64,000 nt of DNA from Patescibacteria group bacterium (GTDB lineage: Bacteria; Patescibacteriota; Minisyncoccia; Phycocordibacterales; JAKAEA01): contig JAZKCY010000001.1 in the NCBI GenBank assembly GCA_040387855.1, forward strand, positions 910,922 through 974,921. Reading direction: 5' to 3'. The position numbers were made by a program, and so were the translations under genes. The stretch's first letter is position 1; each line of letters starts with the position of its first letter. This document shows positions 38,306 to 48,098 of the stretch, piece after piece. The notes under the pieces are model-generated. The model searched no databases and had not been told where the DNA came from. It saw only the letters and a list, made by a program, of their open reading frames with translations.

Positions 38306-39084
38306 GAGTACAGTATACCTAAAAGTGCTAAAGCGAGAAAGATTCTGTAGATACCAAACCCAATCATTGTATGGTTGCGTATATATTTTAAGAAAGTTTT
38401 CACTGCAATGAGGGCAGAAATAAAAGCAGCTACAAATCCTATTCCCAATAATGAAAACTCATGTGATGAAAAACTTGATGCTTCTTTTAGCAATGAATAC
38501 CCTGTTGCAGCAGCCATGGTAGGTATTGCTAATAAAAAAGAAAATTCAACAATAGCTTGTCGGGATACACCTAATGATCGCCCAGCTATAACTGTTGCAG
38601 CAGAACGTGATACTCCAGGAATCACAGCAATAGCTTGTACCAATCCAATAATAAAAGCTTTCTTATACGATAATGTTTCCAACTCTTGCTCTGAAGAAAC
38701 AGTCTTCGGCTTTTCTTTATATAAAAGTTCAAACAGTATAAGAACAATACCTCCAATACCCAGAGTCCATACCATTATTTCTATATTACCCAACAATATA
38801 CTTTTTATAAGTTTATAAAGAACAAAACCTATAATACCTGTAGGCAAAAAGGCTATGATTATTCTCTTCCATAGTTCACGGCTTCGCTTAAGCCATGAAG
38901 CATAAATAATTACCACAGCAAGAATGGCACCAAGCTGAATAGCAATTTCAAATGTTTTTAAAAACTCACTCGTGGGGATGCTCAACAGTCGAGCAGATAG
39001 ATCCAAATGTGCAGTAGATGATACGGGAAGAAATTCAGTTATTCCTTCAATAATTCCCAATATAAGCGCATGAATATAGGTCAT
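38302..39084 (-). CDS. uppP: Undecaprenyl-diphosphatase
   Basis: Motifs GITEFLPVSSTAH, IQLGAILAV, PGVSRSAAT and FSFLLAIP. Confidence 0.95.
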   Translation of the reverse strand: MTYIHALILGIIEGITEFLPVSSTAHLDLSARLLSIPTSEFLKTFEIAIQLGAILAVVIIYASWLKRSRELWKRIIIAFLPTGIIGFVLYKLIKSILLGNIEIMVWTLGIGGIVLILFELLYKEKPKTVSSEQELETLSYKKAFIIGLVQAIAVIPGVSRSAATVIAGRSLGVSRQAIVEFSFLLAIPTMAAATGYSLLKEASSFSSHEFSLLGIGFVAAFISALIAVKTFLKYIRNHTMIGFGIYRIFLALALLGILYS

Positions 39085-39101
39085 ACGCTAGTATACCCTA
39101 T

Positions 39102-39470
39102 TTAGATTACGTAGGTATAGAGTAAATATGTTCCAATAAGTACTATTGGTACCGCAAGAGCTACCATGAAGTACAAAGATGTAATTCCTAGTGCTACATA
39201 GCTAATAGTGAGTCCTTTATCACCTGAGCGGTGAATTTGTCGAAGAGAAACAACAGCTGAGAAGAGTGCTACAACAGGTGCAAGAATCACAAATAGTAAT
39301 GAGGCATCAAAAATATATGAGAACACGCCAACATGCGGTACAAGGAAGTAAGAAAGGAAAAGTACAGTAAGAGAAATACTTACAAGTGCAGCCTTATTTA
39401 CTGCTTGCAATGCATTACTTGCTTGAAATGATCGTGATGCTTTTTGTGATTGAATTGCTATTGTTGCCAT
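39102..39470 (-). CDS. Hypothetical 3-TM membrane protein
   Basis: Hydrophobic ORF; start at 39470, 11 nt after the ECF-type -10 element. Confidence 0.65.
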   Translation of the reverse strand: MATIAIQSQKASRSFQASNALQAVNKAALVSISLTVLFLSYFLVPHVGVFSYIFDASLLFVILAPVVALFSAVVSLRQIHRSGDKGLTISYVALGITSLYFMVALAVPIVLIGTYLLYTYVI

Positions 39471-39481
39471 AATAGTAAAGA

Positions 39482-39507
39482 GACGCAAGCAACCTGAACT
39501 TCTTACA
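39482..39507 (-). promoter_or_regulatory. ECF-type promoter TGTAAG-N16-CGTC
   Basis: The minus strand reads TGTAAG aagttcaggttgcttg CGTC. Confidence 0.72.
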
Positions 39508-39650
39508 CAAAAAAGTCACACAGCTGTTGTATGATTTCATCTTTTGTTACGTCATTAGTTGTATGAATCTTTAAGCGTTCAGATATCTTTCAATACACCA
39601 AAGATTAAAGCTTAGAATTCCAAATGCCCGCTACACGGGCATTTTTATTT

Positions 39651-40739
39651 TTAATAGATTATCGTTTGTAGAGCCGGCTGTGAAGTAACAGATTCGACTA
39701 CAAACTTTATGGTGCCAATCACCTGACCTCGTGGAGTTTCAACTCTCACTTCCCAGCGACCTGGTGTTAATGCTGATTTAGTACTATAACCTCTATAACC
39801 ATCTTCCCTTCCTCCTCGAATAGGAAAATCAAGTTTGTTTTTTGTCAGCCATTTTCGTTGATTCTCATCATAATAGCGCCAATGATGAACTACATTTGTT
39901 GTGAGTGATGTTGGTGCAAATACAGAACTGTAGACATAGACTGAGCCTCCTGGAACAACATGTACTTTTTGATAGATCTTTAAGAAATCAAAAAGCTTTT
40001 TCTCTTCTTGCTGTAACCGATAACCTGTGGAAGTACGCTCGAGGGTATGTGCAACCTCGATAGATTTTATTGAAAGTGGGATTGGAGGGATAATATTTAA
40101 AAAATAGAAAAGGGTTATAACTGCATAAATAGACCCAATACTTATTATTAACAGTTTTTTAACTTCTTTAATTCTTTGAGGTATAAAAAGATAAAGTATC
40201 CCGATAAACAAACCCATAATTACTAGACTTGCAAAACCACTTGAGAGAAAAACCAAATCCCCTATTCGTTTTACCAATACCGGGAGTGAAAATATTGAGA
40301 ATGAAAAAATACAGAAGAAAAATATACTTAATGTAAAAACCATTCTCTTATAAAACTTTTTAAAGACTTCGTTGCCAATAAGTAGAATCAGAAGACCTAA
40401 GATAAAAGGCCAGCTTGAAGCTATAGAAGAACTTCTAAAATAGAACACAAAGAATCCACTAAATAAACCTCCAAACACGAATTGAATAACTATTGGTAAA
40501 AATGTATGGAGCCGCTCAAACAATCTACCTTTTAGATATCCGCCTTCATATAAATTAACAAGTGCAATTGATACCGCAGCAACAAGAATGTAAAAAATGA
40601 TTATGAGGTTTTCAAATAGTTGATCAATTCTTTGAAGGGTCAAACTATCAATAATAAAGCCCCCAATAAGTGCACCAGATGAAATATGACGTTCATATCG
40701 CTCAACAAACTTTTTCAGCCTATCAATGAGAGCTTTCAT
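39651..40739 (-). CDS. DUF2914-like membrane protein
   Basis: Multi-TM N-terminus; IPPIPLS, VFAP, GGR..GYRGYS.K and GRW.VRVET..GQ.IG. Confidence 0.8.
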   Translation of the reverse strand: MKALIDRLKKFVERYERHISSGALIGGFIIDSLTLQRIDQLFENLIIIFYILVAAVSIALVNLYEGGYLKGRLFERLHTFLPIVIQFVFGGLFSGFFVFYFRSSSIASSWPFILGLLILLIGNEVFKKFYKRMVFTLSIFFFCIFSFSIFSLPVLVKRIGDLVFLSSGFASLVIMGLFIGILYLFIPQRIKEVKKLLIISIGSIYAVITLFYFLNIIPPIPLSIKSIEVAHTLERTSTGYRLQQEEKKLFDFLKIYQKVHVVPGGSVYVYSSVFAPTSLTTNVVHHWRYYDENQRKWLTKNKLDFPIRGGREDGYRGYSTKSALTPGRWEVRVETPRGQVIGTIKFVVESVTSQPALQTIIY

Positions 40740-40763
40740 AATTACCTCGAGTATAGCATTTAT

Positions 40764-40805
40764 TTACAAAGAAAAACTCTGCATGTGCAGAGTTTTTCTT
40801 TGTAA
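40764..40805. terminator. Long perfect hairpin terminator
   Basis: TTACAAAGAAAAACTCTGCA-TG-TGCAGAGTTTTTCTTTGTAA. Confidence 0.8.
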
Positions 40806-40836
40806 TGAAACGTAGGTGTACACCCGCATTACATAA

Positions 40837-41115
40837 TTACATAGCTGTTCGGTGACTTCGTGATGAAGCTCCACGTACAGCACGCACGAGTGCGAGTAGT
40901 ACTACGGCTCCTACAATTGCTACGATGAGACTGTAAACATTGAATCCATCAACTCCGGTTGTTCCGAAGAGACTCATAATCCATCCTCCAAGAACAGCTC
41001 CCACAATTCCCACGATCACATTCATGACAGCACCTTGCTGTGCATTTGTTCCCATGATAATTGATGCGATCCATCCTGCTAATGCTCCTAATACGAGCCA
41101 TGAAAGTAATGCCAT
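40837..41115 (-). CDS. GlsB/YeaQ/YmgE family stress-response membrane protein
   Basis: [13 protein letters not shown]...N.IVGIVGA.LGG...SL.VA.VGAVVLL. Confidence 0.92.
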   Translation of the reverse strand: MALLSWLVLGALAGWIASIIMGTNAQQGAVMNVIVGIVGAVLGGWIMSLFGTTGVDGFNVYSLIVAIVGAVVLLALVRAVRGASSRSHRTAM

Positions 41116-41162
41116 ATATTTGTTTATATTAATTACTAATATTTACCTCTCTATACTACTGA

Positions 41163-41188
41163 GACGATGAGCAATACAGAATATTACA
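41163..41188 (-). promoter_or_regulatory. ECF-type promoter TGTAAT-N16-CGTC
   Basis: The minus strand reads TGTAAT attctgtattgctcat CGTC. Confidence 0.7.
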
Positions 41189-41193
41189 AGAAA

Positions 41194-41715
41194 TTATTTT
41201 GTATATTCTCGTATCTCCTCAGCGTTATATTTTGTAAATACATTTCGCACACCTGTGGCTGCACCAGATCGAGCGGTCACAAGAATACCTCCACTTTTTA
41301 CGCGAGTCTCATAAATTTCTGCATCTTCAGAACTCACTCCAAGTCCGGTGAGTGCTCCTACTAGACCTCCTGCTGCAGCTCCAGTCATTGCACCGGCAGC
41401 AGTTGTTGCAGCACCTCCGGTAAGACCAATCGCAGTCGCTAACGGACCAGCAACAAACAAAGTACCCAATCCCGGTAGGATTCCGTTTGCCACAGCAAGC
41501 CCAGCTAGTGCTCCTACGACAGCTCCTGTAGTTGCTCCACTTGCAGCACCTCCAGCAACCTTTGCTCCTGTTGCATCTTCTGCAATAGCTTTTCCTTCTT
41601 CAGACATATAGATATATGAAATATCAGTATCTGCTACACCGAGAGCGCGCAATTCTTGAAGTGCTCCTTCTGCATTTATCCTATCGTTAAACACACCAAT
41701 CGTTGTTGTATCCAT
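41194..41715 (-). CDS. General stress protein (17M/YflT-like) with a glycine zipper
   Basis: Motifs GVF.....AE.A...L, GA..GA..G.LAGL, PG.G...VAGPL and GGILV. Confidence 0.8.
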   Translation of the reverse strand: MDTTTIGVFNDRINAEGALQELRALGVADTDISYIYMSEEGKAIAEDATGAKVAGGAASGATTGAVVGALAGLAVANGILPGLGTLFVAGPLATAIGLTGGAATTAAGAMTGAAAGGLVGALTGLGVSSEDAEIYETRVKSGGILVTARSGAATGVRNVFTKYNAEEIREYTK

Positions 41716-41749
41716 AATCTTTACTATTATCTAGTAATATGGAAACTGA

Positions 41750-41775
41750 GACGTGAAAGTCAACAAAAAGTTACT
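41750..41775 (-). promoter_or_regulatory. ECF-type promoter AGTAAC-N16-CGTC
   Basis: The minus strand reads AGTAAC tttttgttgactttca CGTC. Confidence 0.65.
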
Positions 41776-41787
41776 ATCGAAAAATAG

Positions 41788-42159
41788 TTATTCAGCTGGA
41801 ACTAATAGTTTTGGAATGTTATTCCACGCTTTACGAAGTGCATATACTTCAAGCGATGGTGAAGGAGATTCTGCCATCACTGCTTCTGTATGAAGCATGC
41901 TCACAATATCTTCATAATATACAGTTCCCTCTTCAAGCAGATAGAAAAGAATTAATTTTTCACAATGAGCTACAGTCATAGTCTCATCTGAAAATATCTC
42001 ATCAATATTTCTTTCTGAAAGATAACTCACGCGTTCTTCATAAAGCTCATCCACGTTTTGCATTGGAGCAGCTTCAGTGATTTGTAAAATATTTATTGGT
42101 GCTGATGGAAATTCCTGATCTAGCTTTTCTTTATACTTTTTTTCTAAAGATTGGTTCAT
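41788..42159 (-). CDS. Hypothetical protein (paralog of the C-terminal part of 58476-59189)
   Basis: Shared SLE..Y..KL..E....PI ... Y.LRKAW pattern. Confidence 0.65.
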   Translation of the reverse strand: MNQSLEKKYKEKLDQEFPSAPINILQITEAAPMQNVDELYEERVSYLSERNIDEIFSDETMTVAHCEKLILFYLLEEGTVYYEDIVSMLHTEAVMAESPSPSLEVYALRKAWNNIPKLLVPAE

Positions 42160-42323
42160 ATAGGCTATTTATACACTGGTTTCTACCTTTTTTCTAGTCT
42201 ATTTATTAACGTCCAGCCTATTCCTGATGGGATCGCAATAGCGAGTGACCAGATGATATCGAAAATTGTCATGAGCACCTTTCTACACTATTGCTCACAA
42301 AAAGAAAAGCAAACTCATCTATA

Positions 42324-43118
42324 TCACTTCATTCTAGTCAATATACTTGTAGGCGAAATAACATCGCGTAATTCAGAAAGAGGTACGGTCACAGCTTCCT
42401 CACAAGCTTCCATAACATGGGGCCACATTGGCTCAATAGTTAGTCCTTTATCACTCACTGTATATGCATAATACGAAGTTACTACTTGATATCGCGTGTA
42501 GACACTATCACAAGTATCTTGATCTACGGTGAGCTCTGCTTTTGCTATTTGAGGTGCATACATGGTGGTAACAAAATTTTCTTTAATCTTCTCATAATCG
42601 GCAAAAAGGTTCTCAAATGCTACGAGCTCCCCTGTTTTCATATCAAACGTGACAGATTCATTCACATCATTATTTGGATGTGCTCCTCCACAAAAATATG
42701 AGCTATGTATGGAGACACTATAAATATCATTCTTTGCATATGTCACACTTGAAGTTGCAGTATACGTATAATATTGTTTCAACTCATCGCCCACTCGTCC
42801 TGAATCAGGATTACACGTCATTTCATTACTCATGCCCAAAAGATGACCATTTACCTTATTCAATACTTCTTTGTTTTCATAGGAAGTAATAAAAGGCATG
42901 ACCACACCAGTCGAGCTACGACTTTCGTATTGATATCGAATCGGTGAATATCCAGTTTGTTTGATAGTAGCTGAAATATAAGAATCATGTAGTACCGTCA
43001 ACGTTTTTTGATACTGCATACCAATATAAAATGTAAGAGCTGGTACTATCAGCATGAAAAAGAATGCTGCGATAAGCATTGAATACCATGTGCACGTATC
43101 CCACATACTATTTTTCAT
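42324..43118 (-). CDS. Membrane-anchored PdaC/RsiV-like (DUF4163/DUF3298) protein
   Basis: Motifs Y..GAHPN and S.TFDMKTG....F..LF. Leaderless start at 43118. Confidence 0.6.
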   Translation of the reverse strand: MKNSMWDTCTWYSMLIAAFFFMLIVPALTFYIGMQYQKTLTVLHDSYISATIKQTGYSPIRYQYESRSSTGVVMPFITSYENKEVLNKVNGHLLGMSNEMTCNPDSGRVGDELKQYYTYTATSSVTYAKNDIYSVSIHSSYFCGGAHPNNDVNESVTFDMKTGELVAFENLFADYEKIKENFVTTMYAPQIAKAELTVDQDTCDSVYTRYQVVTSYYAYTVSDKGLTIEPMWPHVMEACEEAVTVPLSELRDVISPTSILTRMK

Positions 43119-43143
43119 TACTCTAGTATAGATCACATATGAC

Positions 43144-43503
43144 CTACGGCACAAACTGACGAACCGTCTGAATAAGATGGTCCATATCAAATGGCTTTTC
43201 AATAAAGCCATCATTCATAATTTCTTTTTGATTTGCTATTATTGCAGATCGAGCATTTGCTGAAAATAGTATTATGGGTATGGTATGGGTAGCTTTGTGT
43301 TTTTTTAGCTTCTTGCAAATTTCCCGGCCATCTTCCCCTGAAAGCATGACGTCGAGTAAAATTAAATTTGGTTTTTCTTTATCTAATTTTTTAATACAAG
43401 CAGTATTTGTATAGGTTTCTACGCTATAGCCCTGAAGTTCTAAAATCAGTTTGGTTGCGTGAAGGATTGCCTCATCGTCATCAATTACTAAAATCTTTTT
43501 CAT
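43144..43503 (-). CDS. Single-domain response regulator (CheY-like receiver)
   Basis: Motifs ILVIDDD, LILLDVML...DG, IPII.FSA and KPFD; no kinase nearby. Confidence 0.9.
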   Translation of the reverse strand: MKKILVIDDDEAILHATKLILELQGYSVETYTNTACIKKLDKEKPNLILLDVMLSGEDGREICKKLKKHKATHTIPIILFSANARSAIIANQKEIMNDGFIEKPFDMDHLIQTVRQFVP

Positions 43504-43578
43504 TACTTTATTTTTTGGTTACACTTAATAAAAGCATAACGAAATTAATACTAAATGAAGTTAACCTAAATTTGCATA

Positions 43579-44061
43579 TTATCTTTTATACAGCTTTAAT
43601 TTTGTAAAAAAAGATGCGGTGTAATGCTCTTCATTGGGTACAATTTCAGGATTTTGAGTATCAATACATATAGCATCGTCAACATCATCAGGATGATCTT
43701 TATATACGATGCAGTATGAAGTGATCTCCCCATTTTGTTCTTGTACTCGCACCATTATTCTATTCCGAACAACAGATTCATTCAAATCCTGAAAGGGATA
43801 ATAATCTGTTGCACGAATATTTGTAGTGTAATTCCTATTTTGTTGATAGTTTTGTTTGAAAATTGATTCAAGCTCGCCAAGCGTTTTACTATCTGTTTTA
43901 AAAACATCATCAAAATCATACACTCCTGAAGAAGTATGAACTTGATTTATGTTTTGAGATTCTTGATAACGCGAGAAATAGAAAATGATTCCTGCAATAA
44001 CGGCAAGCATGATTAGAACTAATAATATGATTGAGCTAAAACCTCTTTGATAGTTTCTCAT
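43579..44061 (-). CDS. Pilin-like protein (G|F cleavage site, no Glu5)
   Basis: MRNYQRG|FSSIILLVLIMLAV; C-terminal YC...CID as in the other pilin. Confidence 0.55.
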   Translation of the reverse strand: MRNYQRGFSSIILLVLIMLAVIAGIIFYFSRYQESQNINQVHTSSGVYDFDDVFKTDSKTLGELESIFKQNYQQNRNYTTNIRATDYYPFQDLNESVVRNRIMVRVQEQNGEITSYCIVYKDHPDDVDDAICIDTQNPEIVPNEEHYTASFFTKLKLYKR

Positions 44062-44099
44062 ATCTTTATATTCTACATTACTCTTCTGTAAGAGTCATT

Positions 44100-45335
44100 C
44101 TACTCGTAGCGTAGAGCTTCCATAGGACTCTTTTGCGCAGCACGTTTTGCAGGATAGATTCCGAATATTAGTCCTATAAATGCGGATACACTAATACCTA
44201 GAATTGCTGCTGAAATTGGAAATGCAAATTCCCATCCAGAGGCAACTGTAGAACTCAATACTACAGCAGCAAGATATGAAATACTTGCTCCAAGAATAAT
44301 TCCAATAACTCCACCAAGCCCTGTAAGCATTACTGATTCATACAAAAACTGTGTAAGAATATCTTTTTCTGTTGCTCCTAAAGCTTTTCGCAAACCTATT
44401 TCACGAGTTCGTTCACTCACTGATACAAGCATGATATTCATAATTCCAATTCCACCTACTAAGAGTGAGATGCCTGCAACAGATCCTAGCAATGCTGTGA
44501 GTACAGTAGTAATAGTGCCAACAATAGCAGCAGCATCTTCAGGGGTACTTACATTAAAATCATCATTTTCTGGATCAGTAATATCATGAGATTCACGCAA
44601 TGTAGCCTCTACATCAGCCACTACTCGTGGAACCATTTGTTCGGTTTGAGCTCGCAATAACATTGAATTGAAATGCGAGGTTCCAGTGAGATATTGCTGG
44701 ACTGTTGTATAGGGAGCAACCATCATTTCATCTACACTAAAAATAGATGTCTCATCATTTGGAAATATACCAACTATTCTAAAATTTTGATCTTTCACTC
44801 TGATCGTCTTCCCCATCGCATCAGATTGACCAAATAGATTTTCTTTTACTTTAGATCCTAAAATTACGATCCGCGCTTTCTGCTTTACGTCATCTTCCGT
44901 AAAAAACTGTCCCACTTCTGGATATACGCCAATAATATCTGCAAAAGATTCAGAAACTCCAACTACGGTGGATCGCTCTGTATCATTCTCAAATATGGCT
45001 GATGCAGGTTGCATAACCATTGGAGTAATGTCTCTCAATCCCTGAACATTTGCAGGATTTTTTAAAGCATCTATATCTTTTTGCTTAAGTGAATCTGTAT
45101 ACAGCTGAGCAAAATCAGAAGGACCTGATGGCTGCTTCCCTGGATCAATATTAATTGTTGTTGCCCCGAGTCCTTCTATCTGTCCAAGAATTAAGTTCTC
45201 AGCTCCCTGTCCAATAGACATCACAATAATAATAGAAGTAATACCAATAACGATTCCTAAAATAGTAAGAAGTGATCGTGATTTATTTGTTTTAAGTCCT
45301 GTAAAAGCCGTTTTAATACGATGTTTTAAGAGCAT
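44100..45335 (-). CDS. MacB/FtsX-like ABC transporter permease
   Basis: Motifs RSLLTILGIVIG, ISLLVGGIGIMNIMLVSV.ERT.EIG.RKALGA and P.EALRYE. Confidence 0.93.
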   Translation of the reverse strand: MLLKHRIKTAFTGLKTNKSRSLLTILGIVIGITSIIIVMSIGQGAENLILGQIEGLGATTINIDPGKQPSGPSDFAQLYTDSLKQKDIDALKNPANVQGLRDITPMVMQPASAIFENDTERSTVVGVSESFADIIGVYPEVGQFFTEDDVKQKARIVILGSKVKENLFGQSDAMGKTIRVKDQNFRIVGIFPNDETSIFSVDEMMVAPYTTVQQYLTGTSHFNSMLLRAQTEQMVPRVVADVEATLRESHDITDPENDDFNVSTPEDAAAIVGTITTVLTALLGSVAGISLLVGGIGIMNIMLVSVSERTREIGLRKALGATEKDILTQFLYESVMLTGLGGVIGIILGASISYLAAVVLSSTVASGWEFAFPISAAILGISVSAFIGLIFGIYPAKRAAQKSPMEALRYE

Positions 45336-45336
45336 A

Positions 45337-46053
45337 TTATTTCGTGTAATTATCTATAGCACGGCGTTGAGTTGATACTTTAGTATCACTTTCAATGTTA
45401 CCGTCGCGAATTCTAATGATTCGCTTTGCATGTTCTGCAGTTGAGGTTTCGTGTGTGATGAGGAGGATAGTGTGACCTTTATCATTCAGTTTCTGAATGA
45501 TTTCCATAACAGCTTTACCAGATTTTGAATCTAGGTTTCCTGTTGGCTCATCAGCAAAAATAATACTTGGCTCACATACAAGAGCTCTCGCAATCGCTAC
45601 ACGTTGTTTTTCTCCTCCCGATAACTGTGCAGGTTCATGATCAATTCTATGAGTAAGGCCCACTGCTTCAATCGCATCTTTCGCTCGGCGTTCCCACTCT
45701 GATTCTTTAATATTTGAATACAAAAGAGGTAGCTTCACATTTTCAAGTACCGTAGTTCGTGGTAACAAATTGAAAGCCTGAAAAATAAATCCCAGTTTTT
45801 CATTTCGAATTTTTGCAACTTCTGCTTTTGAATATCCTGATACTTCTCTACCCTCAAAGATATATTCACCTTTTGTATGGGTATCAAGAAAACCCAATAT
45901 CTGCAAAAGTGTTGATTTTCCAGATCCTGAAGGCCCCATTACAGCTACAAATTCTCCAGGTTCAATAACAAAATCAATTCCATGAAGTACTGGTGTTGGG
46001 ACCCCGTCAGTGTAATATGTCTTTTCTAATTTTTTTAAGTTAACAAGTGACAT
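45337..46053 (-). CDS. ABC transporter ATP-binding protein (MacB/LolD type)
   Basis: Motifs [24 protein letters not shown] and ADEPTGNLD. Confidence 0.95.
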   Translation of the reverse strand: MSLVNLKKLEKTYYTDGVPTPVLHGIDFVIEPGEFVAVMGPSGSGKSTLLQILGFLDTHTKGEYIFEGREVSGYSKAEVAKIRNEKLGFIFQAFNLLPRTTVLENVKLPLLYSNIKESEWERRAKDAIEAVGLTHRIDHEPAQLSGGEKQRVAIARALVCEPSIIFADEPTGNLDSKSGKAVMEIIQKLNDKGHTILLITHETSTAEHAKRIIRIRDGNIESDTKVSTQRRAIDNYTK

Positions 46054-46076
46054 AAAGATTGGTATGTGAAATTCAA

Positions 46077-47585
46077 CTACTTTGCTTCAGTAAACACAAC
46101 AACTTTATCTCCTTCTACAATTCCACTTGTAATTTCAATGTTTCCATCAGAACCTCGAAGTCCAGTCTGAACAGGTTTATCTACAATTGTTTCACCCACT
46201 AATACCTGCACAAACTTTTGATCATTCTTTGTAATGACAGATCGCTGGGGTACTGCAATAACATTTTCTTTCTGTTCACCCTTTACCTCAATACTTGCAG
46301 TCATTCCAGATTTGATTCGTTCATCTTTTTCAACAAACTGGAATGTGGTTCTATATGTTGCTACACCTTCGACTAGAGTTTCTGCAGGATCTATAGCAAC
46401 TACTTTTGCTTTAAACACGACGTCATTGCCATATGCATCTAGGGTCACATCGGTGTCAGCACCCACGGCAATCTTTGCCATATCAGCTTCAGGAATATTT
46501 GCTTCAATTTCAAACTGATTTGCCGAAATAATTGAGATCACAGGGCCACTTGGAGAAATAGTTTCCCCTACTTCTGCATCTACTTTTGTAACAATGCCAT
46601 TTACTGGTGATTTAATTGTTCGATTACTTATTTGAACTAGCGTATCTTGAATATCAAGTTGAGCCTGTTGAATATCAATACGATTACTTTGTGTATCACT
46701 TGATTCATCAGTTAATCCCTTTCGTGAGTTTTTAATAGTATTTTGAACAGTCACAATTTCAGAAAGGTGTGAGTTTACTTTAGTTGTGTATCCTTCAAGA
46801 GTATCCTCATCTCGAGCAATTTCACTTGGTTGCGGTGCGGCTGTGCGATCAGAAATATACTTCACAAGGTTTCGCATGTCTTTTATAACATCTGAAAGAT
46901 TCTTAGTGAGCGCGTAGGTTTCATTGAGCATACTTTCGAGTTCTTCTGTAGATGCAGTTCTACTAAAAGATTGGTATCGTTTGATGATCACATCATAGGC
47001 ATCTTCCACACGATCAAATTCATATCCAGTATCTAATTTTAATTTCTGTGCTGTATCACCAGTGTTTCGAACGTTATTATCAGATAAATATGGTGAGTAT
47101 GAATTGTCATACAACATATCATGTACTTCGGAAATTATAGTTGGTACATCTACGAATGCATCTTCAATAGCACTAAATCCATCATCATATGCCTTCTTCA
47201 AATCCCCCTCTGCTGTCTGGCTTGATCCTTTATTAAGAGTAATTTGAGCCTTTGCTAGAGCCGCTTGCTGGCGTCCTAGTCGAATTTGTAGATCTGCACT
47301 ATCAACACGTAGCAATGTTTGTCCTGCTGTTACTTCTTGTCCAACTTTTGCAGTAATAGAAGTAACTTTACCTCCAGACTGAACAGCAAGATCTACATCT
47401 TGAGCAGGAATTACTCTGCCAGTTACACTTACTTCTTGAGCCACTGTTCCCCGAGCAGCAGTAATTGTGTCACTTTTTACAACAGCTTTTCCTCGAGTAG
47501 CTGCAAATCCAATGATAATAAGTACAACAATGAATACTGGTACCGATACTTTATAGTTTTTTATGAATCTTTTAATCTTTTGCAT
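46077..47585 (-). CDS. Efflux periplasmic adaptor (MacA/YknX-like) with a long helical hairpin
   Basis: V.V.G.V...GQ.L lipoyl half-motifs, I.SP..G.V, E.D...I.VG and IKSGMTA. Confidence 0.88.
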   Translation of the reverse strand: MQKIKRFIKNYKVSVPVFIVVLIIIGFAATRGKAVVKSDTITAARGTVAQEVSVTGRVIPAQDVDLAVQSGGKVTSITAKVGQEVTAGQTLLRVDSADLQIRLGRQQAALAKAQITLNKGSSQTAEGDLKKAYDDGFSAIEDAFVDVPTIISEVHDMLYDNSYSPYLSDNNVRNTGDTAQKLKLDTGYEFDRVEDAYDVIIKRYQSFSRTASTEELESMLNETYALTKNLSDVIKDMRNLVKYISDRTAAPQPSEIARDEDTLEGYTTKVNSHLSEIVTVQNTIKNSRKGLTDESSDTQSNRIDIQQAQLDIQDTLVQISNRTIKSPVNGIVTKVDAEVGETISPSGPVISIISANQFEIEANIPEADMAKIAVGADTDVTLDAYGNDVVFKAKVVAIDPAETLVEGVATYRTTFQFVEKDERIKSGMTASIEVKGEQKENVIAVPQRSVITKNDQKFVQVLVGETIVDKPVQTGLRGSDGNIEITSGIVEGDKVVVFTEAK

Positions 47586-47589
47586 AGTA

Positions 47590-48027
47590 TTATTTTTTAT
47601 TAATTATATTTTTTATTATTTTTTTATGTAAATGTATATACTGCTCAAACTCTGTATCATCTAATGCTTCAAACAACTTCCTAAAACCCTGTACATGCTG
47701 ATCTTTAAACTTCTGAATGAATTTTTTGGTATTGCGAGTTAAGGTTATTGCTGTTGCTCGCTTATCATCAGGATGTGCCTCTCTTGCTACATGCTTTTTC
47801 TTTTCTAATTCATTTACAAGCTGGGTTGCTGCACTACTCGTAATGTTTAGAGCTGTATGTATATCCTTAATAGTAACATAATCGTGCTCATCTATAACAT
47901 CGAGCACCCTCCATTGGGAAAACGTTACCTGATCAATACTTGCCATCGGTTTATGCTTTGCCAGCATTTTTTGCTGCATAAGATGAAAACCTTCCATGAG
48001 GTCGGCTATATGTGGAGTTCTATTCAT
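47590..48027 (-). CDS. MarR family transcriptional regulator
   Basis: Motifs QW.VL, SSAATQLV..LE and D.R...I.LT; first gene of the efflux operon. Confidence 0.9.
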   Translation of the reverse strand: MNRTPHIADLMEGFHLMQQKMLAKHKPMASIDQVTFSQWRVLDVIDEHDYVTIKDIHTALNITSSAATQLVNELEKKKHVAREAHPDDKRATAITLTRNTKKFIQKFKDQHVQGFRKLFEALDDTEFEQYIHLHKKIIKNIINKK

Positions 48028-48048
48028 TATGTAAGCATCTTACATAAT
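48026..48048. promoter_or_regulatory. Candidate MarR operator
   Basis: Perfect inverted repeat ATTATGTAAG-CAT-CTTACATAAT overlapping the -10 (TAAGAT) and start codon of the marR gene. Confidence 0.7.
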
Positions 48049-48098
48049 TATATACAATAGTCAATATGCTCAAGTATAAGTTGATGTATACTACCTTC

